In this document: piece by piece, positions 9,952 through 18,652 of the stretch
Position numbering within the stretch: position 1 is the first letter of the stretch
Layout: each line of letters begins with the position of its first letter
From: an uncultured bacterium
GTDB lineage: Bacteria > Krumholzibacteriota > Krumholzibacteriia > LZORAL124-64-63
NCBI GenBank assembly: GCA_963727525.1
Contig: CAVSGO010000006.1
Coordinates: 146,828-210,827 of the forward strand
Direction: 5' to 3'
Length of the DNA: 64,000 nucleotides
Program-made: the position numbers and the translations under genes
The notes under the pieces: generated by a model
What the model saw: only the letters and a program-made list of their open reading frames with translations
Database searches by the model: none
Told to the model about the DNA's origin: nothing

Positions 9952-10827
9952 ATGAGCGAACCCATTCTCGTCGTCGGTGCGCGCGGAAAGCTCGGTTCCG
10001 AGGTCATCCACCAGCTCTACGAGGCCGGGGTGCCCACCCGCTGTGCCACGCGCAATCCGGGCTGCTGCGGTCATGATTGTATCGGCGGCAGCTGTGCCCG
10101 CTTCGACTACGATCGCCCCGAGACCTTCGCCCCTGCCGTGGACGGCGTGAGCCATGTCTTCATGATCGCGCGGCCACTCGACACGGCCGCTGGCCATGTG
10201 TTGCCGCCCTTCATCGACGTGTGCCGCGACATGGGCGTGGAGCACATCATCTTCTGCTCGGCGCTCGGCGCCGACGCCACCGAGGCCTCGCCGCTCGCGT
10301 TCGTGGAGCGCTACCTGCAACGCAGTCAGATCGGGTGGACGATTCTGCGTCCCAATTTCTACATGGAGAACCTCTCCCAGGGCTGGATCTTGCCCCAGAT
10401 CCAGAACGACGCCACGATCCGTTTGGCGGCCGGCGATGGTGCCACCAGCTTCATCTCCACCCAGGACGTGGCGGCCGTCGCCGTGCGCATGCTCACCGAG
10501 CCGGGCCACGTGGGCCACTGCTACGACCTCACGGGCGGCGAGGCCCTCGATTACCAGCAGGTGGCCGGCATCCTGAGCGAGGTCGCCGATCGGACCGTCG
10601 TCTATGAGCCGATCAGCGAGGCGCAGATGCAGGCGATGGGATCGAAGGTGGGCATGCCCGGGGGCAAGCTGGAGTACATGCTCTTCCTGTACCGCTCGGT
10701 CCGTGAGCACCGCTGCGCCACCGTCTTGCCGGCGGTCGAGACGCTGCTAGGACGGCCGCCGCGCTCGTTCCGTGAATTCGCCGCCGCCCAGGCGGCCGTG
10801 TGGCGTCAAGGCGACGAGACCCGCTAA
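9952..10827 (+). CDS. NmrA/SDR-like NAD(P)H-binding protein
   Basis: GGAGG then ATG9952; ILVVGARGKLG, WTILRPNFYMEN, SFISTQDVA, YDLTGGEALDY. Confidence 0.9.
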   Translation: MSEPILVVGARGKLGSEVIHQLYEAGVPTRCATRNPGCCGHDCIGGSCARFDYDRPETFAPAVDGVSHVFMIARPLDTAAGHVLPPFIDVCRDMGVEHIIFCSALGADATEASPLAFVERYLQRSQIGWTILRPNFYMENLSQGWILPQIQNDATIRLAAGDGATSFISTQDVAAVAVRMLTEPGHVGHCYDLTGGEALDYQQVAGILSEVADRTVVYEPISEAQMQAMGSKVGMPGGKLEYMLFLYRSVREHRCATVLPAVETLLGRPPRSFREFAAAQAAVWRQGDETR

Positions 10828-10829
10828 CA

Positions 10830-12080
10830 GCAAATTTTAGGTTGTGCCAAGAAGAATGTTGACGAGGCTTCGCACCGAGATCTCTCCCGCTAGGCCCGAC
10901 TTTCTCACTACGCGGCGTACGTCAGCTTGTGCCTCCGGTTCACCTTCAATGGCCGCGTCTCGACCCGTCGCCAGTAGTAGTCATCCCACAACGGCGGCAA
11001 CTCGATATGCGACACGAACAGCCGCCGCGACAACACCTCCTCCTCGGTCAAAGGCTTCGTGGCGATCCCGATCTGCATCGCCGGCGTGCTCCAGCACCGC
11101 TTCTCCCGACGCAACTTGATCGTGTTGCGCCACACCAGGAAGATCGCCAGCCGGTAGATCGAATGCTGCCGTCGCTTCCCGAACGCGATCGTCTCCCGCG
11201 TGTGGTCTTTCAGACAATGCCGCAGCAACATGTCCAGCAAGTTGACCTCGAACAACGGGTTGCGACTCGTCCGCGGCTCACGGGAGTCGATCGTCTCGTG
11301 GATCACCTTGCAATACCGTAGCTTCGCGATCGCGTAGGGATAGGTCTTGTGCTTGTCGCTCCAGATGTGGGCCTCGGCGGCGCCGTCGAGCGAGACCGAG
11401 AGCACCTCGAGCAGCGCCCGCATCAACGACCTGGGGTCCGGCCGGCCATAGTTTTGTTCAAAGAGGGACCGTTTCCATTTCTGCTCGTCGGTCATCGCCC
11501 CGCTGCGTCGCCGCTCGGCCTCGGCGAAGTGGATGATGAAGCTGGAGGGGCGATCGACGGCCGTGACGATCTCGTAGGGGAAGTACTGGGAGTGCTCGAA
11601 GGTGACGAGGCCGTCGATGGCGATGTCCACGAAGGGTGACGCCTGGGACACCAGGTGTCGATGGAAGAGGATGCAGTGTCGGCCGAGGCGGGCGAGGAGG
11701 TTGTCGACGGTCGTCGGCGAGGTGTCGAGGAGCCTGGCGATCTGGCGGTTGGCGGCGCCAGAGACGGCGTGCTTATGGACCTTGGGCAGGAGATCGGCGC
11801 GTTTGAGCCAGTATGTGGTGCGGAAGGTCTGGTCTGAGCAGGTCCTGCCGCAGGCCAGGCAGAGGTAGCGTTGGACGGTGTAGGGTGGGGATTTTCGGGA
11901 GAAGGTGCCGAAGAGCGCGAAGGGCCAGGGTTGCGGCTGAGGCTTGTGGTATTTGCAGTTAGGGTTGGAGCAGTGGGGAGGAAGCGAGGGGCATGAAGTG
12001 AGGGTTTTGGTGTTCATGAAGACGGGCCCAGGCAAGCGCTGGACCCGTCAACATTCTTCGTGGCACCTTAGAAATTTTGC
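10830..12080 (-). mobile_element. Insertion sequence (1251 bp), IS1/IS1595-related
   Basis: 35-bp inverted repeats at 10830-10864 and 12046-12080 (28/35 identical, inner 21 bp 20/21) bracket one transposase-like ORF. No target duplication recognised. Confidence 0.8.
10908..12017 (-). CDS. Transposase (Zn ribbon + HTH + RNase H-like catalytic domain)
   Basis: CSNPNC...CLAC Zn finger; ANRQIARLLDTSPTTV HTH; IAIDG, IWSDKHKTY; LRHCLKDHTRETIAFGK resembles the IS1 InsB C-terminal motif; TPAMQIGI. Confidence 0.8.
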   Translation of the reverse strand: MNTKTLTSCPSLPPHCSNPNCKYHKPQPQPWPFALFGTFSRKSPPYTVQRYLCLACGRTCSDQTFRTTYWLKRADLLPKVHKHAVSGAANRQIARLLDTSPTTVDNLLARLGRHCILFHRHLVSQASPFVDIAIDGLVTFEHSQYFPYEIVTAVDRPSSFIIHFAEAERRRSGAMTDEQKWKRSLFEQNYGRPDPRSLMRALLEVLSVSLDGAAEAHIWSDKHKTYPYAIAKLRYCKVIHETIDSREPRTSRNPLFEVNLLDMLLRHCLKDHTRETIAFGKRRQHSIYRLAIFLVWRNTIKLRREKRCWSTPAMQIGIATKPLTEEEVLSRRLFVSHIELPPLWDDYYWRRVETRPLKVNRRHKLTYAA

Positions 12081-12142
12081 CCCGAACCCGCACGAGGCGT
12101 ACCTTCAGGTACCTTCGTCTTCGACGCCTGTCGGGAGCTTTC

Positions 12143-14818
12143 ATGCGGCGCGCGGCCATTCTCCTCCTCGTGGTCTCGCTGGTGCCGGGTCTCCGTGCGC
12201 TTGCGCGTACCGATCCGCTTCCTCAGGACAAGGCCCACGTGCTCGACGGGAGCACGGTCCTCACCGCCGGCCGACTCTACGTGAACATCACGAACTGGGG
12301 CCTGATCGGCTCGCGCTACGGCGAGCTCAGCACCTTCGCCGACGCACCTTCCGGACAGTGGCCAGGGGGATCGAGCAACGAGTACCTCTTTGCCGGCGGT
12401 CTATGGGTCGGTGGCATGGAGCAAGGGGAGCCTCGCGTGTCCACGGGGCAGCCCGATGCGGAACTGCGGCCCGGCACCAACCCACAGGACACGATGTACG
12501 AGGCGCGCGAGGGGCTCGTGGTTCGCCCGATCGAACCGGGTGCCAGCGGTATTCCGTTCTTCATGCCCGGTGGCGACGACGATGGCGACGGCCGATACGA
12601 TGAGGAGATCCTCGACGGTTACGATCAGGACCACGATGGGCTCATCGACGAGGATTTCCGCCAGTACGGCACGCAGATGTTCAATTGCGTGATGCGCGAC
12701 AATACGCTGCTCGCGCGCCAGATCTACCCCGACCACCGGCCGCTGGACATCAAGGTCGTCCAGCGAGCGTTCTCGTGGCAGACGGTGGGGCAGCAGGACT
12801 TCGTGGTGCTCTCCTACGAGATCACCAACATCGGCGCCTCGGTGATCAACGACGTATACCTCGGCTTCTGGACGGACTGCGACATCGGCCGGCGCGACGA
12901 CCCCGACATCGCGCACAACGACATCGCCGGCGGTTTCGACGAGTACGTCCGCGTGCCGGAAGGGTATTTCCAGCCGGTACGCGGCGGGTACATGCGCGAT
13001 GCCGTGTCCGAGAATCCCCTGCCGGGCTGGTTCGGCGTGCAGGTCATCAATCACACCACCGACCAGACCGAGGTGCGTGCGCCGATGACCGTGCGGATGC
13101 ACGGCATGCATATCATCTCGGCTGGTGGCGCGGTCTGGGGCGGGGGCCCCCCGATCAACGATGCCGATCGCTACCAGCTTCTCGCCACGCCGGGACTCGA
13201 TCCCGACGTGAGCCCCGATCACGCCTACGACTACAGTTTCGTCGTGTCCACCGGCCCGTTCCCGACCTTTGGCCCGGGCGAGACACTCGTTTTCGAGATT
13301 GCCCTCTGCGTCGGCAATAGCCGCGAGGCGTTGCTTTCCTGCTGCGCGACGGCCCAGCAGGCTCAATTCGGACGCTGGGTCGACTTTGACCACAACTACG
13401 CGACCGGACTCGCCGGGCACGAGACGTTAGTCTGTGCCGAGGACTACTACCCCGACTGGAACTCGCCGCTCAATCCCATCTACGGGCGCAACTCCAACCT
13501 CTGGAACCGCGCCTGTCTCGGCGATGCGCTGGTCTTTCCCGACATCACGCCGGACGGGCTTGCCTGGTATCCCGACACTCGCAAGCACTGCATCTGGGTG
13601 AACATGGACAACTGCGAGGAGTGCGAGCGGGCGCAGGGAGTGAACTGCTACGATTTCTACGGCCCCAACGGTGGCGAGACCAAGGCGCTGGATGGTCCCG
13701 GCACGGGCAACGGCGGCCGCGAGACCCACGCGCCGTGGGAGGTGCTGGACCTGCCGCCGCCGGCCCCATCGATGCGTGTGGATGCTGCTGATGGCATCGT
13801 GCGCGTCTTCTGGGACGATCGCAGCGAGTGGACGCCGGACGGCCTCACCGGTTTCACAGATTTCGAGTCGTATCGGTTGTGGCGCTCGGACCAGTGGGCC
13901 CGTCCGCCGGGTTCGTCGCTGATCACGGGGCCGGCGCGCGACAGCTGGCGCCTGATGGCCGAGTACGACCTCGATAATCAGTACCGTGTGAATCTGCCCG
14001 GCAACATCGTCCGCTGGCTCGATTTCGGCAGCAACACGGGTTTAGCCGATATCACCTACGAGCCCGCCTGTCTGAGCGATCCTCTCTATTCCGGTCTCGA
14101 GGAGGCCATGCGCGCCATCATCGAGGCTGACACTGGCGGCCATTATACCTACCGACCCGCTCTGCGCGATGCCGTCGGCACGCCCGTTCCCGGGCTGGAG
14201 ACGCTCCTGCCCTGGGAGACCCACACCGACGTGCTGGACACGTTCTTCGCCGTGATCCCGCGCGAGGGGAACGACGGCGCGGTTCCGAAGCGCGGCATCC
14301 ACTACTACCAGTACACGGATACCGAGGTGCACAACGGCTACATCTATTTTTACGCCGTGACCACCACCGATCACCAGATGCTGAACGACGGCGTCACCAT
14401 CATCGGTCCGGGTATCCAGGGCGCGCCCGGCGCGAACTTCGCCCACGCCCAGCCGCGTTTCCAGGCAAACGACCCGCATGCCGGCGCGCAGGACGAGGTC
14501 TACGTCTATCCGAATCCGGCCACGCGCGATGCGCTGGCGCAGTTCCAGCAGATGGCGTCCACCGACGGCGACCCTACCGGCGTACGCGTGGCGTTCGCCC
14601 ATCTGCCGGCATGCCTGAGCACGATCCAGATCTACACGGTATCCGGCGACCAGGTGGCCACCTTCGATCACGACGGGACCGGTGGCAATGGCCAGGCCTA
14701 CTGGAACCTCATGTCCCGGAACAACCAGGAGATCACCAGCGGCATCTACCTGTTCGTGGTCACTCCGCACGACACGCGCTTCACGCCGTCCATCGGCAAG
14801 TTCGTGGTGGTGCGCTGA
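12143..14818 (+). CDS. Large secreted protein with Asp-rich Ca-binding-like repeats, Fn3-like region and C-terminal sorting-like domain
   Basis: Signal peptide; NITNWGLIGS, EYLFAGGLWVG; DDDGDGRYDEE/DQDHDGLIDED; Cys-rich insert; C-terminus VYVYPNP...IYTVSGDQV...WNLMSRNNQEITSGIYLF...GKFVVVR. Confidence 0.75.
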   Translation: MRRAAILLLVVSLVPGLRALARTDPLPQDKAHVLDGSTVLTAGRLYVNITNWGLIGSRYGELSTFADAPSGQWPGGSSNEYLFAGGLWVGGMEQGEPRVSTGQPDAELRPGTNPQDTMYEAREGLVVRPIEPGASGIPFFMPGGDDDGDGRYDEEILDGYDQDHDGLIDEDFRQYGTQMFNCVMRDNTLLARQIYPDHRPLDIKVVQRAFSWQTVGQQDFVVLSYEITNIGASVINDVYLGFWTDCDIGRRDDPDIAHNDIAGGFDEYVRVPEGYFQPVRGGYMRDAVSENPLPGWFGVQVINHTTDQTEVRAPMTVRMHGMHIISAGGAVWGGGPPINDADRYQLLATPGLDPDVSPDHAYDYSFVVSTGPFPTFGPGETLVFEIALCVGNSREALLSCCATAQQAQFGRWVDFDHNYATGLAGHETLVCAEDYYPDWNSPLNPIYGRNSNLWNRACLGDALVFPDITPDGLAWYPDTRKHCIWVNMDNCEECERAQGVNCYDFYGPNGGETKALDGPGTGNGGRETHAPWEVLDLPPPAPSMRVDAADGIVRVFWDDRSEWTPDGLTGFTDFESYRLWRSDQWARPPGSSLITGPARDSWRLMAEYDLDNQYRVNLPGNIVRWLDFGSNTGLADITYEPACLSDPLYSGLEEAMRAIIEADTGGHYTYRPALRDAVGTPVPGLETLLPWETHTDVLDTFFAVIPREGNDGAVPKRGIHYYQYTDTEVHNGYIYFYAVTTTDHQMLNDGVTIIGPGIQGAPGANFAHAQPRFQANDPHAGAQDEVYVYPNPATRDALAQFQQMASTDGDPTGVRVAFAHLPACLSTIQIYTVSGDQVATFDHDGTGGNGQAYWNLMSRNNQEITSGIYLFVVTPHDTRFTPSIGKFVVVR

Positions 14819-15003
14819 GCCGCCCGGGAGGGCTGGCGGACGATTTCGTCCTGGACGGCGGCTCGATCGAGGCACTGATTTCCCAGGAGATTGCTACGGT
14901 TGACCTGTAGATGGGAACTCATCGACAGGTGAACAGCTTTCCGGCTGGACCCGATGGGCCGACTCTTGTTTATATTGTTGCGGCTCCAACCCCGCGAGGA
15001 AAT

Positions 15004-18000
15004 GTGAAAAAGATCTTCCAGAATCGTGTTCTCGCCGCCCTTTCGTCGCTCCGACTGGCGAGCGTCCTCCTGCTGATCTTCGCCGTCTCCATCGGCTCGG
15101 CCACGTTTCTCGAGGCGCGATGGGGGAGGACCGGGGCTTACGCCCTGGTTTACGGCGCTCGCTGGTTCGAGATCGTGCTCGGTCTCCTCACGCTGAACCT
15201 GCTCCTGTCCCTCCTACGCCACTTCCCTTACCGGGCTCGGCACACCGGGTTCTTTCTGTTGCACCTGAGCATGATCATCATTCTCGTGTCGGCCGGCCTC
15301 ACGCGGTACTTCGGCTACGAGGGCACGATGCACATCCGAGAAGGCGACAGTACCGACTTCCTCTTTTCCAGCGAGACCTATGTGAAGGCTTCGTGGCAGG
15401 GCGACACCAAGGCTTTCCGCGTGCGCCTCTACAAGCCCGGCCCGCAGCACGTGGAGCACAAGGTCGATTTCGCCGGCCGTACCTGGACGCTCGGCGTGAG
15501 CGAGTACTTCCCGCACTACGAGGAGCAGTGGGTGCCCGCGCCCGGCGGTGTGGCGGCGCTCAGTTTCGGAGTGCGCGGCGGCGAGGGGCTGCAGATGAAG
15601 ACCCTGCTCGAGGGCGAGCAGCAAGAGGTGGGCACCATCCCGCTGCGCTTCGTGACCGGGCCGCTGAGCGAGCAGGCACCAACGTCCACGTACGGCGACG
15701 TCCGAGTGCACGTGGGTGGCGAGTCATGCACGTTCGCGGTGCAGCCGAAGGCGGGACCTCTCGGCACCTGCGGCGGCTACACGTTTGCCCAGGCCGAGTT
15801 CCATCCCGACTACAAGGTGGGTGTCACCGATGACGACCCCGACGGCCCCATGCTCAACCCCATGGTCCGGCTCAGCGTCACGACGCCCGACGGTACGAAG
15901 GGTGAGCGTCTGCTCTTCTCGATGCATCCCGACTTCGCCATGACCCACTCGGGTCAGGACGACCAGTTCGCCAAGCTCGACCTGCTCTACAGCGTGAACG
16001 CGTCGGTGAACGTGGCGCGCGGCGACGGCGGCCTGGTGATGCGCGCGCCCTTCCCGGTCACCATGACCGACATGACGGGCGAGGTGGATCCGGCCGACTA
16101 CCCGGCCGGCGCGATCATCCCGCTCCACGAGAGCCGCCTCTACGCGAACGACGCCAGCGGCTTCAAGTTCGTTCCCTCGGACATCGAACTCTCGGTGGTG
16201 CAGCAGCCGGCGGCCAGCGACAACCCCAACGCGCCCGCGGCGGCGCGCGTGTCCATCGCCTCGGGCAACGACCGCGCTGACGCGCTGGTCGTGAAGGACG
16301 GTCAGCCGGTGACGGTGGATGTCGGCGGCCAGTCGATCGCCCTCGACTATGGAGCTCTCATCATGCCCCTGACCTACAGCCTCACGCTGGAGGATTTTGT
16401 CTTGAAGACCTATCCAGGCAGCGACAACCCGGCTAGCTACGAGAGCTTCCTCAAGCTGAACGACCCGGCCAACGGCGTCGTGGATCGGCCGGTGCACATC
16501 TACATGAACCATCCGCTCAATTACGCGGGCAGCAAGCACTTCCAGTCGAGCTACGACCAGGATCGCCACGGCACGATTCTTTCCGTGAATCACGATCCGG
16601 GCAAGTGGCCCACCTACCTCGGCTACGCCATGCTCACGCTGGGCTTCCTGCTCATCCTGTTGCGCGACACGATCTGGGGCCGCGTGGACAGCAAGGGCCA
16701 ACCCGAAGCGCCGGTGGCCCCGTCGAAGCCGCGGCGTCAGGCCATACACGTCGGCATGGCCCTGCTGATCGCGCTGCCGCTACTCGCCACCGGCGGCGTG
16801 GCCCGCGCGCAGGACGCGCAAGAGCAGGGTGGTCATGTGGTGCTGAGCGACGTGGCACGACAGGAAGCGCAGCAGCTCATCGTGCAGGACTTCCAGGGAC
16901 GCATGAAGCCCCTGGACACCCTCGCACGCGAGATGGCGATGAAGGTGACCAAGAGCACCCATTTCGAGGGCCGTGACCCCATGGACATGCTGCTCAGCTT
17001 CGCCGTGCAGCCGTCGTACTGGTGGACGCGCCCGGTCATCGCCGTGCGCAACCCCGGTGTGAAGAAGATCCTGGGCGTGGATGCGGCGGTGAAATACGTG
17101 TCGGCCTCGAGCCTCTTCGACGCCAACGGCACCTATATCCTGCAGCAGCAAGTGGAGGACGCGCACCGTGCTCCGGCGCGCGAGCGCACCAAGACGCAGC
17201 AGAAGCTCATCACCTTCGACGAGCGTCTGCACATGCTCTACCTCTCGCTCCAGGGCGAGACGCTGCGTCTGTATCCGGTGCCCGGCGACCCCAAGCACAC
17301 GTGGCTCGGCATCTCCGACGTGGCCGACAAGCTCACCCCGGAACAGAAGACCCAGTACGACGACGCCTTCGCCGCGCTCTTTGGCGGCATGGAGGATGGC
17401 GACCAGGCGAAGATCGTCGAGGGCATCCGCAAAACCGCGGCCATTCAGAAGCAGTATGGCGCCGACGTGCTGCCCAGCAAGCTGGCGGTGAACTCGGAAC
17501 TGCGGCTCAACAAGCTGCAGCCGTTCGTGTGGGCGACGGTGCCGTACCTGGTCGGCTTCGCGATCCTCATCATCGTGTATTTCGTAGGTCTCATGAAGTA
17601 CGGCGTGGCCCAGTGGTCGCTGAAGAACCCGTTCTACCTCATCGGTATGCTCTGCTTCATGGGCGGCCTGGCCTTGCACGCATACGGCTTCGTGCTCCGC
17701 TGGATCGCGTCGGGCCGCGCACCACTGAGCAACGGCCACGAGTCGCTGGTGTTCATCGCCCTGGCCGTGGGCATCGCCGGCCTCATCTTCGAGCTGGTGA
17801 GCCGCTCGGCCGCCGCCAGCGCCCTGAGCTCGCTGCTCACGGCCGTGGTGCTGGGCATCTCGATGATGGGCACCTTCGATCCGGCCATCGGCCCGCTGGT
17901 GCCGGTGCTCGCCTCGTACTGGCTGAACATCCACGTGACCATCATCACCGCGAGCTATGGCTTCCTCGGTCTCTCGGCCTTCCTGGGCGGCCTTACCCTG

Positions 18001-18480
18001 GTGCTGTTCATGGTAGAGGCCGGGGCGAAGCGTGACTTCACGATCCCCATCGCCCGCCTCGATCGCCTGAACGTGGCCGTCATGACCACCGGCCTCGGCA
18101 TGCTGGCCATCGGCACCTACCTCGGCGGCGTGTGGGCCAACGAGTCGTGGGGCCGTTACTGGGGCTGGGACTCCAAGGAGACCTGGGCGCTCGTGTCGGT
18201 GCTGGTGTACGCCTTCGTCCTGCACTTCCGCTGGATCCCCTCCACGCGCAACCCCTTCGTGCAGGCCGCCGGCAGCTTCGCCGCCATCTCGAGCATCGTG
18301 ATGACGTATTTCGGCGTGAACTACTTCCTGTCCGGACTGCACAGCTATGCCGCCGGCGACGCCGCCAAGGTACCCGCCTGGGTACACATCGGCTTCGCCA
18401 TCATGCTGGTGACGATCCTGGTCGGCTACTTCGCCTGGCGCGCGCGTCCGGCGGGACCGAACCGAATCGCGGGGGCGTAG
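15004..18480 (+). CDS. ccsBA: System II cytochrome c biogenesis fusion CcsB(ResB)-CcsA
   Basis: GAGGA then GTG15004; ResB-like N-terminus (LLHLSM His); LKTYPGSDNPASYES; WWD motif WANESWGRYWGWDSKETW; LNIHV and GLHSYA His. Confidence 0.93.
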   Translation: MKKIFQNRVLAALSSLRLASVLLLIFAVSIGSATFLEARWGRTGAYALVYGARWFEIVLGLLTLNLLLSLLRHFPYRARHTGFFLLHLSMIIILVSAGLTRYFGYEGTMHIREGDSTDFLFSSETYVKASWQGDTKAFRVRLYKPGPQHVEHKVDFAGRTWTLGVSEYFPHYEEQWVPAPGGVAALSFGVRGGEGLQMKTLLEGEQQEVGTIPLRFVTGPLSEQAPTSTYGDVRVHVGGESCTFAVQPKAGPLGTCGGYTFAQAEFHPDYKVGVTDDDPDGPMLNPMVRLSVTTPDGTKGERLLFSMHPDFAMTHSGQDDQFAKLDLLYSVNASVNVARGDGGLVMRAPFPVTMTDMTGEVDPADYPAGAIIPLHESRLYANDASGFKFVPSDIELSVVQQPAASDNPNAPAAARVSIASGNDRADALVVKDGQPVTVDVGGQSIALDYGALIMPLTYSLTLEDFVLKTYPGSDNPASYESFLKLNDPANGVVDRPVHIYMNHPLNYAGSKHFQSSYDQDRHGTILSVNHDPGKWPTYLGYAMLTLGFLLILLRDTIWGRVDSKGQPEAPVAPSKPRRQAIHVGMALLIALPLLATGGVARAQDAQEQGGHVVLSDVARQEAQQLIVQDFQGRMKPLDTLAREMAMKVTKSTHFEGRDPMDMLLSFAVQPSYWWTRPVIAVRNPGVKKILGVDAAVKYVSASSLFDANGTYILQQQVEDAHRAPARERTKTQQKLITFDERLHMLYLSLQGETLRLYPVPGDPKHTWLGISDVADKLTPEQKTQYDDAFAALFGGMEDGDQAKIVEGIRKTAAIQKQYGADVLPSKLAVNSELRLNKLQPFVWATVPYLVGFAILIIVYFVGLMKYGVAQWSLKNPFYLIGMLCFMGGLALHAYGFVLRWIASGRAPLSNGHESLVFIALAVGIAGLIFELVSRSAAASALSSLLTAVVLGISMMGTFDPAIGPLVPVLASYWLNIHVTIITASYGFLGLSAFLGGLTLVLFMVEAGAKRDFTIPIARLDRLNVAVMTTGLGMLAIGTYLGGVWANESWGRYWGWDSKETWALVSVLVYAFVLHFRWIPSTRNPFVQAAGSFAAISSIVMTYFGVNYFLSGLHSYAAGDAAKVPAWVHIGFAIMLVTILVGYFAWRARPAGPNRIAGA

Positions 18481-18506
18481 GCGCGGTCGGGGAGACGGAA
18501 CGACTG

Positions 18507-18539
18507 GGGCGGAAGCCGTGGGGCCTTCGCCCTTTCTCT
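18507..18539 (+). terminator. Probable intrinsic terminator after ccsBA
   Basis: GGGCGGAAGCC-gtgg-GGCCTTCGCCC imperfect hairpin followed by TTTCTCT. Confidence 0.55.
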
Positions 18540-18652
18540 ATCCCGCTCATACGTCTCGACTCGACGGCGAGCCATGGCGCCGGCACCGGTGAGCCCGAGC
18601 GAGCAATCAGGGGAGGCCTGGCGGCACTCCCCTGTTGGGTTTCTTCCTCTTG

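Noticed and set aside
10830-10864. IS repeat as a dif/Xer-like site
   Set aside because: Only ATGTT resembles the XerD arm; there is no XerC arm, and the pairing with 12046-12080 fits TIRs better.
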